64,000 nt of DNA from Lytechinus pictus (lineage: Eukaryota), in the NCBI RefSeq assembly GCF_037042905.1, contig NC_087245.1, forward strand, positions 39,310,001-39,374,000, read 5' to 3'. Within the stretch, counting starts at the first letter, position 1, and each line of letters starts with the position of its first letter. Below the pieces are notes generated by a model. The model had not been told where the DNA came from. It saw nothing but the letters and a program-made list of their open reading frames with translations, and made no database searches. Below are positions 12,159 through 26,422 of the stretch, piece by piece. The translations under genes were made by a program, and so were the position numbers.

Positions 12159-14339
12159 AAGATCAAGAGGTTTTAATCATCACGCGCTCCTTATGCAAAG
12201 TAAGAAGGGACTCAACTCAATACATGCCAGAGGCCAGTCGTCCCTATGTGGTGATAGTATGCAATTGTTATCGAATGTGACAAACAATGTTGATTATAAA
12301 ATAGCTGTATTATTTCAAGCATCGCGATTGGTCAATACGCGTCACATGACATCCAACTTTTTTTGTGCACTGCACGGTAGTGCAAAAGGTGTGCAACGAA
12401 AATTGACATTGCACGCTCGAGCAAACCAGTGCGGTAGAAGTCCAACAAAACTGTACTGTGACTTTTTAAAAATTGTTCCTGTGTTGCTATTTTATAAAAC
12501 AAATAATGCACTTGCTCTGTCGTGCGTAAAAGTAAATGCAGAGAAAGCTCGGTTTCTTCAGATGGAGCACACTGGGCACTCGCCGCAAGCGGCTCGTGCA
12601 CAGCGCGACTCCTATCTAAAGAAACCTCGCGTGCTCTGCATTTCCACTAACGCACTCGGCTGCATGCATTATTTGTATACTATAATTATGATCTGACTGT
12701 TTGATCGTGTGAACAAAATACTGAATTGTATGATACATGCGCTATCATATCTGACTTTATTTGCACTCTTTTCAAATTAGCTGATGATCAAACGGATAAA
12801 CGTCTCTGCTTGCTTGCTTACTTGCTTGCTTTGCATGCATGGCTGCTTTATTGGTGATATCTACATTATACATCAGCACTTTCGAACCAGAGACTTCCAT
12901 TACGCCATACTGCATTTTTTGTTGTTGCATGAACTCTATTCTTCCAACTCGTGTTACACATGTTTATAAACCTTGCCTATTCATGAAAAGGGTTGAATGA
13001 GATTTGATCTGTAAACACTACTTCTTCGGGCCCGCGAATCATTTCGATGACTGTGTAATATTAATCTATGTTACAATTGAATGCACTGATTACTTTACTT
13101 TCTTTAAATTTGTTTGATTATAGGCAGTGTTTTCACAGCCCTTTTCCCCCTCGATTCTAAATTATAAATCAGTTGTACGCAGTCACAATCGACATGTACA
13201 GGAATTTCTTTCTGAAATGTCTAAAAGAGAAATGTAGCTCTTATTGCACATGATTATTTTGATCGTATAATTGTGATCGAGAATTCGAATATTATAGAGC
13301 TGAGGTATGCCCAATAAAAGAATGAATTTATATTTTGTTCCGTTTCCCCCAAAGTATATACTAAACTCTCAGTCGCATTTCAGATGAGAGGGCTGTCTCC
13401 CCCGCCCTCTTCAGCGACCAATGAATATACAAAAAAATTGCCGCGCCAATTTCCAATTCATTCTACTTTTCTTAAATTTGACGAATTTTATCATACATGA
13501 TTTATTTTGGCATTTGTTAATGAATATAGAAGAGGTATTAAGGAAATGAGATCCATTAAAATCCACTCTCCATTTATAAATGTAAAGTAAAGTCCGAACG
13601 GATATTCTTTGGTACATATCCAAGTGTCAAATTTTAGTATATTCTATGTACATCAAACCCGTCTTGAATCGTACTCAATTAGAATATTCTTTTATATTTT
13701 TAAAAAATATCCATGTCATTTAAAAATTATCAATTTTAATCTTCTTTTCGAAGGTAAAACCTTCACCCCAACCCCACCTCCCGAAATCTTTCAACTGATC
13801 TACATGTATTTAATATTCAAGAATATCGTAAGATATGTTTTTATTTCATCGAAATAAATTAAGTGGAGGTTGTCAGGCATGGACTGTCTTTACGATTCTC
13901 ACTTCGAAACAACCGTTTTATGAATAATTATTATTAAATAATATGTTAAGCTACATCTATGGTTTACTAGTTAGAACGTCCCTTAATATAGTTAAAATGA
14001 CGAACCTATGATATTTAAAAATATATTTTATGTTTTGATGATACATGCACCATATGTTATAATTTCATAGAATTCTATTTCGTATTGAGGGAATTAATAT
14101 ATTTTTGATAAATATATCCTACTTTATGCTTGCAAGAAATGTAGTTTGTTAATTCGTTCATTTTCAGATATTTTTTGTTTTGTTTTTGCTATACTGTAAA
14201 GAAATTAATGTTAATATTCAAACAACCAGATGGATAGTGTTACTCGCAGTACTATATTACCCGTCTTTATTAGTAAAATATATCTTAATCACAGACAAGT
14301 CACGGAGTTGTGTTGTTTCACTTTTTATTCAATAGCGTT

Positions 14340-17300
14340 TGTGAGTGGATGTGAAAGTAATGTTGACAAGATGTGGTGTCGAGTGATTGTGAAAGTAATG
14401 TTGACAAGATGTGGAGTCGAGTGATTGTGAAAGTAATGTTGACGAGATGTAGAGTCGAGTGAGTGTGAGTGGTTGTGAAACCAATGTTGACGAGATGTGT
14501 CGAGTGATGGTGAAAGTAATGTTGACAAGATGTATCGAGTGGTGGTGAAAGTAATATTGATGAGATGTGTTGTCGAGTGATTGTGAAAGTAATGTTGACA
14601 AGATGTGGTGTCGAGTGATGGTGAAAGTAATGTTGACAAGATGTATCGAGTGGTGGTGAAAGTAATATTGATTAGATGTGTTGTCGAGTGATTGTGAAAG
14701 TAATGTTGACAAGATGTGGAGTCGAGTGATGGTGAAAGTAATATTGATAAGATGTGGAGTCGAGTGAGTGTGAGTGGTTGTGAAAGTTATGTTGACGAGA
14801 TGTAGAGTCGAGTGAGTGTGAGTGGTTGTGAAACCAATGTTGACGAGATGTGTCGAGTGATGGTGAAAGTAATGTTGACAAGATGTATCGAGTGGTGGTG
14901 AAAGTAATATTGATGAGATGTGTTGTCGAGTGATTGTGAAAGTAATGTTGACAAGATGTGGTGTCGAGTGATGGTGAAAGTAATGTTGACAAGATGTATC
15001 GAGTGGTGGTGAAAGTAATATTGATGAGATGTGGAGTCGAGTGATGGTGAAAGTAATGTTGATGAGATTTGGAGTCGAGTGAGTGTGAGTGGTTGTGAAA
15101 GTTAAATGTTAACGAGATGTAGTGTCGAGTGAGTGTGAGTGGTTGCGAAACCAATGTTGACGAGATGTGTCGAGTGATGGTGAAAGTAATATCGACAATA
15201 TGTATCGAGTGGTGGTGAAAGTAATATTGATGAGATGTGTTGTCGAGTGGTGGTGAAAGTAATGTTGACAAGATGTGGAGTCGAGTGATGGTGAAAGTAA
15301 TGTTGATGAGATGTGTTGTCGAGTGATGGTGAAAGTAATGTTGAAGAGATGCATCGAGTGGTAAAGACGAGTAATTTTAAAGAGATGTGGTGTCCAGTGA
15401 TGGTCAAAGTGGTGTTGATAATACGTTGTGTCTAGAGATGGTGACGAGTAATGTTGACGATATGTTGTGTCGATAGATTTTTAAAAGTAATAATGACGAG
15501 ATGTGTCGAGTGCAGGTGAAAATAATGTTGATGAGATGGGTTGTCGAGTGATAGTGAAAAATTAATGTTGACGAGATGTGTCTAGCGGTTGTGACGAGTG
15601 ATGTTGACGAGGTGTGTCAAGTGATGGTGAAAGTGACGTTGACGAGAAAATTTGATGAAAATTAATGTTGACGAAGTGTGCCGAGTGATGGTAAAAGTAA
15701 TGTTGACAAGATGTATCGAGTGGTGGTGAAAGTAATATTGATGAGATGTGTTGTCGAGTGATTGTGAAAGTAATGTTGACAAGATGTGGTGTCGAGTGAT
15801 GGTGAAAGTAATGTTGACAAGATGTATCGAGTGGTGGTGAAAGTAATATTGATGAGATGTGTTGTCGAGTGATTGTGAAAGTAATGTTGACAAGATGTGG
15901 AGTCGAGTGATGGTGAAAGTAATATTGATGGGATGTGGAGTCGAGTGAGTGTGAGTGGTTGTGAAAGTTATGTTGACGAGATGTAGAGTCGAGTGAGTGT
16001 GAGTGGTTGTGAAACCAATGTTGACGAGATGTGTCGAGTGATGGTGAAAGTAATGTCGACAAGATGTATCGAGTGGTGGTGAAAGTAATATTGATGAGAT
16101 GTGTTGTCGAGTGATTGTGAAAGTAATGTTGACAAGATGTGGTGTCGAGTTATGGTGAGTGGTTGTGAAAGTTAAATGTTGACGAGATGTAAAGTCGAGT
16201 GAGTGTGAGTGGTTGCGAACCCAATGTTGACGAGATGTGTCGAGTGATGGTGAAAGTAATGTTGACAAGATGTATCGAGTGGTGGTGAAAGTAATATTGA
16301 TGAGATGTGTTGTCGAGTGATTGTGAAAGTAATGTTGACAAGATGCGGTGTCGAGTGATGGTGAAAGTAATGTTGACAAGATGTATCGAGTGGTGGTGAA
16401 AGTAATATTGATGAGATGTGTTGTCGAGTGATTGTGAAAGTAATGTTGACAAGATGTGGAGTCGAGTGATGGTGAAAGTAATATTGATGGGATGTGGAGT
16501 CGAGTGAGTGTGAGTGGTTGTGAAAGTTATGTTGACGAGATGTAGAGTCGAGTGAGTGTGAGTGGTTGTGAAACCAATGTTGACGAGATGTGTCGAGTGA
16601 TGGTGAAAGTAATGTCGACAAGATGTATCGAGTGGTGGTGAAAGTAATATTGATGAGATGTGTTGTCGAGTGATTGTGAAAGTAATGTTGACAAGATGTG
16701 GTGTCGAGTGATGGTGAAAGTAATGTTGACAAGATGTATCGAGTCGTGGTGAAAGTAATATTGATGAGATGTGTTGTCGAGTGATTGTGAAAGTAATGTT
16801 GACAAGATGTGGTGTCGAGTGATGGTGAAAGTAATGTTGACAAGATGTATCGAGTGGTGGTGAAAGTAATATTGATGAGATGTGTTGTCGAGTGATTGTG
16901 AAAGTAATGTTGACAAGATGTGGTGTCGAGTGATGGTGAAAGTAATGTTGACAAGATGTATCGAGTGGTGGTGAAAGTAATATTGATGAGATGTGTTGTC
17001 GAGTGATTGTGAAAGTAATGTTGACAAGATGTGGAGTCGAGTGATGGTGAAAGTAATATTGATGGGATGTGGAGTCGAGTGAGTGTGAGTGGTTGTGAAA
17101 GTTATGTTGACGAGATGTAGAGTCGAGTGAGTGTGAGTGGTTGTGAAACCAATGTTGACGAGATGTGTCGAGTGATGGTGAAAGTAATGTCGACAAGATG
17201 TATCGAGTGGTGGTGAAAGTAATATTGATGAGATGTGTTGTCGAGTGATTGTGAAAGTAATGTTGACAAGATGTGGTGTCGAGTGATGGTGAGTGGTTGT

Positions 17301-20285
17301 GAAAGTTAAATGTTGACGAGATGTAAAGTCGAGTGAGTGTGAGTGGTTGCGAACCCAATGTTGACGAGATGTGTCGAGTGATGGTGAAAGTAATGTCGAC
17401 AAGATGTATCGAGTGGTGGTGAAAGTAATATTGATGAGATGTGTTGTCGAGTGGTGGTGAAAGTAATGTTGACGAGATGTGGAGTCGAGTGATGGTGAAA
17501 GTAATGTTGATGAGATGTGTTGTCGAGTGATGGTGAAAGTAATGTTGATGAGATGTGTTGTCGAGTGATGGTGAAAGTAATGTTAAAGAGATGCATCGAG
17601 TGGTAAAGACGAGAAATTTTAAAGAGATGTGGTGTCCAGTGATGGTCAAAGTGGTGTTGATAATACGTTGTGTCTACAGATGGTGACGAGTAATGTTGAC
17701 GATATGTTGTGTCGATAGATTTTTAAAAGTAATAATGACGAGATGTGTCGAGTGCAGGTGAAAATAATGTTGATGAGATGGGTTGTCGAGTGATAGTGAA
17801 AAATTAATGTTGACGAGATGTGTCTAGCGGTTGTGACGAGTGATGTTGACGAGGTGTGTCGAGTGATGGTGAAAGTGACGTTGACGAGACAATTTGGTGA
17901 AAATTAATGTTGACGAAGTGTGCCGAGTGATGGTAAAAGTGATGTTAACGAGATGTTGTGTCGAGTTATAGTAAAAAGTAATGTTAACGAGATATGTCGA
18001 GTTGTGGTGATGGGTAATATGGACGATATGTTGTGTCGAGAGATGCTGAAAAGAAATGTTGACGAGATGTGGTGTCGAGTGATAGTAAAAAAATAATATT
18101 GACGAGATGTAGTGTCGAGTGATAGTGAAAAGTAATGTTGACGAGATATGTCGAGTGGTTAAGACGAGTAATGTTGACGATATGTTGTGTCGATAGATGG
18201 TTAAAAGTAATGTTGACGAGATGTGGTGTCGAGTGGTTAAGACGAGTAATGTTGACGATATGTTGTGTCGAGTGATAGTAAAAAGTAATGTTGACGAGAT
18301 ATGTCGAGTGGTGGTGACGGGTAATATAGACGATATGTTGTGTAGAGAGATGCTGAAATGAAATGTTGACGAGATGTAGTGTCGAGTAATAGTGAAAAGT
18401 AATGTTGACGATATATGTCGAGTGGTTAAGATGAGTAATGTTGACGATATGTTGTGTCGATAGATGGTTAAAACTAATGTTAACGAGATGTGGTGTTGAG
18501 TGGTTATGAAAAGTAATGTTGATGAGATGTGTCGAGTGGTTAAGACGAGTAATGTTGACGATATGTTGTGTCGATAGATGGTTAAAACTAATGTTAACGA
18601 GATGTGGTGTCGAGTGGTTATGAAAAGTAATGTTGACGAGATATGTCGAGTGGTTAAGACGAGTAATGTTGACGATATGTTGTGTTGATAGATGGTTAAA
18701 ACTAATGTTGACAAGATATGTCGAGTGGTGGTGACGAGTAATGTTGACGAGATGTGGTGTCGATAGATGGTTAAAAGTAATGTTGACGAGATGTAGAGTC
18801 GAGTGATAGTGAAAAGTAATGTTGACAAGATATGTCGAGTGGTTAAGACGAGTAATGTTGACGATATGTTGTGTCGATAGATGGTTAAAAGTAATGTTGA
18901 CGAGATGTAGTGTTGAGTGATAGTGAAAAGTAATATTGACGAGATATGTCGAGTGGTTAAGACGAGTAATGTTGACGATATGTTGTGTCGATAGATGGTT
19001 AAAAGTAATGTTGACGAGATGTAGTGTCGAGTGATAGTGAAAAGTAATGTTGACAAAATATGTCGAGTGGTTAAGACGAGTAATGTTGACGATATGTTGT
19101 GTCGATAGATGGTTGAAAGTAATGTTGACGAGATATTGTGTCAAGTGGTTAAGACGAGTAATGTTGACGATATGTTGTGTCGATAGATGGTTAAAAGTAA
19201 TGTTGACGTGATATGTCGAGTGGTTAAGACGAGTAATGTTGACGATATGTTGTGTCATAGATGGTTAAAACTAATGTTGACAAGATGTGGTGTCGAGTGG
19301 TTAAGACGAGTAATGTTGACGATATGTTGTGTCGATAGATGGTTGAAAGTAATGTTGACGAGATGTGGTGTCGAGTGGTTAAGACGAGTAATGTTGACGA
19401 TATGTTGTGTCGATAGATGGTTAAAAGTAATGTTGACGAGATATGTCGAGTGGTTAAGACGAGTAATGTTGACGATATGTTGTGTCGATAGATGGTTAAA
19501 ACTAATGTCGACGAGATGTGGTGTCGAGTGGTTAAGACGAGTAATGTTGACGATATGTTGTGTCGATAGATGGTTAAAACTAATGTTGACGAGATATGTC
19601 GAGTGGTTAAGACGAGTAATGTTGACGATATGTTGTGTCGATAGATGGTTAAAAGTAATGTTGACGAGATGTGGTGTCGAGTGGTAAAGAAGAGTAATGT
19701 TGACGATATGTTGTGTCGATAGATGGTTAAAACTAATGCCGAAGAGATGTGGTGTCGAGTGATTATGAAAAGTAATGTTGACGAGTTGTGTCGAGTGATG
19801 GTGACGAGTGATGTTGATGAGATGCGTCGAGTGCTGGTGAAAATAATGTTGATGAGATGGGTTGTCAAGTGATAGTGAAAAATTAATGTTAACTAGATGT
19901 GTCGAGTGATTGTGACGAGTGATTTTGTTGACAAGGTGTGTCGAGTGATAGTAAAAGTGACGTTGACGAGAAAATGTATAGAGTGGTGGTGAAAAGTAAT
20001 GTTGACGAAGTGTGTCGAGTGATGGTGAAAGTGATGCTAACGAGATGTGGTGTCGAGTGATAGTGAAAAATTGATGTTGACGAGATGTGTCGAGTGATAG
20101 AGAAAAGTAATAGTGACGAAATATTGTATCGAGTGGTGGTGACGAGTGATGTTGACGAGATGTGGTGTCGAGTGATAGTAAAAAGAAATGTTGACGAAAT
20201 GTGGTGTCGAGTGGGGCTGACGAGTAATGTTGACGAGAATTTGCGCTGATTGCTTCTAAGTGATGTTGACGAGATTTGGAGTTGA
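14340..20285. repeat. ~5.9 kb minisatellite of 35-39 bp units with subarrays and higher-order duplication
   Basis: Example unit GAGTGATTGTGAAAGTAATGTTGACAAGATGTGGAGTC (38 bp, 14381-14418), plus a 35 bp variant and longer variants. The right part alternates two related units (GGTTAAGACGAGTAATGTTGAC and GATAGATGGTTAAAAGTAATGTTGAC). Confidence 0.97.
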
Positions 20286-21738
20286 TAAGCCTCCCTACCT
20301 CTTCTTGTCAGATTCTCTGAGAGAGTAATGCCAACCGATTTCCCGCCACGACCCTCTATTCTGAAATCCTGAATCCGCCAACAGTATGAAACGTCAAAAC
20401 GCTATAACATGGCTATAATCTGATTTCGGTTTTCAGGGATTGTTTCCTTCCATAGCTCATATCTTTCCAGTGAACCCTACCAAAGATCCTTCTGATTTTC
20501 TACTGTTGAATCTCTTCTTTTTCTTTCTTTCTCACCCCTTTCTCACTTTCTTTCAGTCCTAGTCGCGGCACCCTCACAGTTGCCCCCCCCCCCTGAAATC
20601 TTGAAAAATAAATTAAAAAAATGTAGGCCCATAGTATCTGCCAATTGCTACAAATATTATTACATGTCAATATTCATACATTTTACTGTTTACACCCCCA
20701 CTCAAGTCAATCATACTGGTCTTGCCAGTTGACACTTCTCCTCAATGTACTTTTGCTTTAACTCTTTTCGTCACTCAAAACATAATGTAAAGAAGAGGGA
20801 ATTTCCAGAAATTAATTTACACCATAAAAATCACGACAAAAAAAACCATCATGCTATTCACAAAGCATTTTATTTTCTCGTGAATTTTGATAAACTCTAT
20901 GTGACGACCCAGTCGCCTAAAATATTGCATTATCATAAACAAACTCATAGCTTGAACAGAATATATAAAGCGGACCAGCCGCTCATAAGAACAAAAATCT
21001 TAGGAAAGGCACACAAAAAATAAACAAACTATAACAAACAAAAATAACTGTTCAAAATAAAAGCGTATGGAAATGAATTATTTCACTCTGTCAAGGAGGG
21101 AGGGGGGATTGCCTGACTCTGCTTTGATCAATGCCATGGAAATTTTTATACAGCACATAAAATATACTTCAATTCGCAATCATACCGTTGACGTAATATA
21201 TTTTGTAAGTTTTTGATAATGTTAATAGGCTAATGATATTGACAAAATGTTTATTTTGAGTGCAAAGGGAACTCAAATCAGTTTTCAAGTTAGAAAAAAC
21301 AAGCAATAAAAAAAAAGGAAAACGGAGCATGGCTCTAAATAATGACAAATAAATTCACTTCTCCATTGTTACACCATGGGTAATTTCATTTTCAGAGGTA
21401 CGCTCTATGATTTTACTTTTACCAATAGTCATTTAAGGCATTTACGAGCTACTTATTTATCATGTAAATTGTTCATTTTCCATATCTGAGATAAAAATTT
21501 ATTAACAGACTGTGCTCATGTAACAAAATAAGTTTATGGTATATTTTGATGGATTGCATCGAGCTTATTAAAATCGCGGTTTGTGTACAGTATAATATTG
21601 GCAAGTAATTTTACTCGCCCATTTTGTATTTGCTTTTATGCTTTGTGCAGAAATATTTAATAAAGTCTTTCTTAAAAAATAATTCATTATCTTAAAAAGG
21701 TCTCTCCATAAATTGATATATTTACATTATTAGTTTGT

Positions 21739-24700
21739 CTAGTCTATGTGAGGTTGATCTCCCTGTAGTTCCAGGAACCTCATGAAGTAAGACAGGTGCT
21801 CTTCATCCTCGATATCAGCAGATCCTGCAAAATCTGAACTCCTTCGTTTGGGACCTTCCTGGTCATCTAGCCTCCTGGATCTTGAGAACGTGAAAAACCG
21901 GAAGTTCGACTCTCTTTTCGTCATCGCGTGCGGCGTCTCACTTTGCTCGGAGCCGCTGTCCCTAGCGATCCATTTTTTGGACAGCGAGAAGTAACTACTG
22001 GACATTTCGAAAGGAACGTTGCTGCTTTGGCGGAGGACAGGCTCCTCTGTGTCTTGCTTTCCATGAGCACTGGAATAACCGTCTATCAAATCCATGGAGG
22101 GTTTAAAGTATCCGCCAAACCGGCGGGTAGACTTTCTTCTCGTGGAACGCTCGCGTCGTGTTACAACTCGATGACTTCCGTCCGCTTGCTCCACTACGAC
22201 AGGGACATCGATTTTCGACGAGCTCGATGCCACGGACACATCTTCCCGGGACTCGACATCCACTCCGCTCTCCGTTGCTTCGCTCACGTTGTTGCCGATA
22301 TCATGATCATGATCACCGCCATTTTCGTCCTCCTTTTGATCATCGTCACCGTTGACATGATGATCACCACTGCGACTTTCCGGCGTGTCTTGCTCGCTTC
22401 CGTATCCATAATCGTCTAAGCTCATCAGCAGCCTTCTTCGTGCCCGAATCATCGCCTGCCGTTCTTCCTCACTCATATCCTCGTCTCCGGTGATCACACT
22501 CGTCGCCGACGCCGTCCCATGAGAAGTGTCGACTGTTCGAAGCCACTGCAAGGCGTTCTTACTCTTCGCTTCGCTGTTTTTAAAGCTTTCACCTCTCGAG
22601 GAGGCCATCATGTTTGCCATGGCAGAGCCAGAGATATTACCACCATCCCCTGCTGATGTCGTCTGCTTCGGTCGGGGTAGCCCACGGCTTTTACGGTAAG
22701 CTTTACTGATTCGGACGATTTTAGGCGAGATATTAAGTTTGGCTAGGTCATTAAGTGTCTTCTTCCCTTTAAGAGATTTCGGGATTCCCGTATAAAAGAG
22801 GATATCTGGAATTGGGCAAATCAAATTTAAAAAACACAACTTTAAATGCATCCGAATCTATGTAGTCTATTAGTATTTCACAACAAATATCGCTTGTAAT
22901 AATGCTTTTCAATTTACTTGTGAACTCGAGTAAATGCTTACAAGCAAATGTGATTGTTGAAACTTCGTATTACAATCTACAAAAAGTTTGTAACTTGTTA
23001 TATGAATATTGATTATTGTTTATTTATAACACATGCACAGACGAGCTTCCATTATTTACCCACAGGCATTTACTTGGTAACCAGATGGTGTAAGAGCAAA
23101 ACTTTCATGAATTATGTTAATTTTCAAGCAATGATATCGACAAGGGATTTAATTTAATATTGGTTGCTATCTTTGGCGCTTATTTTGTTATCATTTACTA
23201 GTTGCAATCGACATTTGCCCAGAGTTATGTAGACTCAGAATTCAATTTGAATTTATTAATTTTTTCAAGTATGCCGAAAAGAACCGTAATAATATCTTCG
23301 TCACCTTTCTTAATAGCCATTGAGCTGACGTCATTTCCATAATTAAATCTAAATTGTCATCTTTTAAGAATGTTAGTAATGAAATGATATTCTGTTCCTC
23401 GCTTTCCACTCTCTTAATATCTTCAGGCTCTATTGTTCATGCTCCCCATAATGTCACTGGTGAAATTTTCAACATCATGCTCCATAATTTTCTTAAATTC
23501 TTATCAACCATTTTAAGGGCGCTTGACCTTTAAGTACATAGACCTACCTGAACTTCCACGGCACATGTCAAAGTTCACCCACGAATTTATCTCGTTTGAT
23601 AGCTGGTTCATGTAGGTCATCATAGCCGAGGCTGGCATCCCGACCAAGCCAGTTGCCATGGTGACGTGGATGTCAAGGCTCGAGGGAAGTATGACCACTT
23701 TGGGGCTGATCTCATCTGAAAAAAAAATATGAAAATTTTATTTTTTTAATCATGCGTTTGCGTTTTGATATAGGAAGCTCAGAATCTCCATGTGACATAT
23801 CATAGCTTGTCAGAGGAATACTTGATAATTTTACTATTAAAACGAATAGATTATTGTCAAACTGAATAGATTTGATCCTTTTCAATGACATTTTTTTTAC
23901 ATTTTGAAAAGTATCTAATAATTTTAAATAGAAAACTATGCTGCATGATGTGCAAAATTTTACCAATTTTTTTGCCTTGAAGTCGGAGGTATGGGAAAAC
24001 TGTTACCTATGATCAATTAGGCTTATTTACGTCTTTGTCATGAATTCTAAACCTCCAACTAATAAACTAAGAAACATCGAGTCTACTCTCCGGCTGCTGA
24101 TCTCGCCGACCCAAGCCAGCCTTCTCTCATCTACTCAAGCCTCTTTCACCTCTCCAACTCAACCAGCCTTCTACCCAAGCCTCTCATCTTGCCTACCACT
24201 CAAGCTTTCCACTCCTTCTGGTTGACAGTCCGTTTAGGACCACACTCAATTCCCAGAGATACTCTACTTCCTAACTTCTACTTTCTCGCCTCTCCATTTC
24301 TCTTCTACCTCACTTTTATCTCAGTTCTTTCCAGGACTTTACACGTGGTGTCCCGTATCTACTTCCGCGAAACATGGTTGAGTTTAACCATGTTTCTCAG
24401 TCGGATACATATTCATCAACACATTGGTTATTTTGTACTTATCCTTTTAAGTCTTTAGAGTGTAGATCTACATAGGACTGTATTTATAAAACTTACCATC
24501 CACAATTCTGTTTCCAGCGTAGTATCGCACCTGGGTTACATCTTTAATCTTGAAGTCTCCAATGACCATGTCTGATAACTTCTTCTCCTCGTCCTGGCCG
24601 GTGATGTGGATCTGAGCGGTATCGACTTGGGACTCGGAGAACCGGATCTTCTTGGCTCGTTTGCTACTCCCACATTCTATGATCTCCCGCATGAATACGG

Positions 24701-26156
24701 ACTTGCGATTTTCTGCAGAATTGAAACAAAATTTTCAACGACAATGAACAAAATCGAATTATGACATACCACGTGATATTCAAAACAGATGATCATGAAA
24801 CGAATATTTTATACCCAGTGGCTGAGTAAGGATAGTTTGACACGAAGCAAGATTACCTAAAGATGCCCGTCACGATTGAAATCGTGGTCTTACTCGTGGA
24901 GTAATCGTTCCACGTCGTGTCAGATCGTATCAGATTAGTCGTGAAAATCGTATTGAACGCAGATTTTTTTTTACGCGATCAGCTACGAAAGGCCAATTTT
25001 GGCGTTCGTAACGGATCGTATGACAGTGAGGGGGGAGGGGGAGGGTGAGGTATGATATAGAGTCACTCGATTCAGACCTCTCTATGTGTTGTTGTTGTTT
25101 TTTCCCCTTTCCTCTCCCCGTTTTATCCACTACTCGAAAAATCACAAAGGATAGACATCTCTTGCCTTCTGTAGCGCATCCTCTCTGTAATATCTTTGAT
25201 GAATTTTTATATTAACGAAGCACCATAAATGGAGAAAAGCGGTGTATATAAAGACTAACTTAGATAAATGAATGCAATTTTCCAATGACAACAATCAATA
25301 ATGTTTGATTTTCACCATCCTCTTGCAAAAATGGTTCTTTTGAATGAAAAAAAGTCTAGGGCATACCCAGTGTCTTCCCGATGATATCAAACTTCATTCC
25401 TGTGTGGATTGGGAAGTTCCAGATTCTTTGCAACGAATCGACAGCCAAAACTCGACGCTCATAGCCAACGTGGTTGATTCGCAAGATCTGTTGAAATGGA
25501 ATGAAATACACAATTTATACGACTCGACAGATATCGCATATATATCTTATTCATTTCGATATAATTTTTTTTACAAAGAAATATTAGATTGTATATAAAT
25601 TATTGAGGTGTTCCTTATCATTACAATCAAACACATCGGTAATGAGGTTCTCAATTATCCAAGAAACACCCACCCATAAACATCCCATACTGGAGTAACC
25701 GGCATCATTTTACTATTCCAATTACTTTAATCTAAACAAAATAACTAATCAGCTAATTTCCTCTCAATATTCTGTCAATATGGCTCTAAGCCTTATGGTT
25801 ATATTAAATGTTAGATTTTTAAAAGTCACAATCCTATATCAAAACCTACAAAAACTTTTTATTCATTTCTATAAACACAATAAACATGATAAAATTGAAA
25901 AGCTCTTTTTAAGACGAGGACTTATTTCCCCTCTGAAATCCAGAGTCTTTGGTGTACAACTTATTTTGATTAAAACAAAACAAAACAAGTAAGTTCATAT
26001 TCATTGACATACCTCTTTGCGTGTCACTGCACTACCAGCGATTTCACAACTGGTTATCTTTACGATGATAGGAAACTGATTACTGTTGAGTTGATTCAGA
26101 GGTATAGCCTGGCGACTAAACTTTAGCCTTTCATATAAATTCAGCTTCTCCATCAT
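21739..26156 (-). CDS. Gene B: CABIT-like paralogue with acidic/Ser-rich tail and no SAM, 5 coding exons, 571 aa
   Basis: Exons 26156-26013, 25487-25367, 24712-24497, 23715-23548, 22805-21739. GT-AG introns, phases 0,1,1,1, open frame of 1716 nt. Exon 2 (ILRINHVGYERRVLAVDSLQRIWNFPIHTGMKFDI) and exon 3 (RKSVFMREII...GDFKIKDVTQVRYYAGNRIVD) align with genes A and C. Confidence 0.85.
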
Positions 26157-26170
26157 AGTGCCAGTGACCA

Positions 26171-26422
26171 CTTTCCCAACGATATCAGTTAGCAATTCTT
26201 TGAAAATGCTATTTTTTCCGGTAGTAATTCACAAAGTTACGTACTCCTATCTAAGAATACAGAAGTATGATGCTCTGGAACAAACAGACTTCAAGATGTC
26301 TTCTTTCCCGACGATATCAGACAGCAATAGTTCTTTGAAAATGCACGATATTTTACAGTGGTAATTCACAAATGTACGTATTAAAGAAGGCAGAAAATAT
26401 GATGCTCTGGAACAAAAAGACT
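26171..26422. repeat. Diverged tandem duplication (~132 bp period) just upstream of the gene B start codon
   Basis: CTTTCCC(A/G)ACGATATCAG...TTCTTTGAAAATGC...GTAATTCACAAA...TATGATGCTCTGGAACAAA occurs at 26171 and 26303. Confidence 0.85.

Noticed and set aside
11546..12166. 206 aa antisense ORF, and similar ones at 21928-22419 and 42020-42307
   Set aside because: Shadow frames of real exons on the opposite strand.
14230..19868. Long His/Thr/Ser-rich ORFs (up to 499 aa) on the minus strand
   Set aside because: All three frames are open in overlapping stretches because the satellite has few minus-strand stops. Mixed 35/38 bp units shift frame, and there is no splice or codon evidence.
14340..20285. 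CRISPR-like appearance of 35-38 bp periodic repeats
   Set aside because: There are no unique spacers, the units are contiguous variants of one another, there are no cas genes, and the context is eukaryotic.
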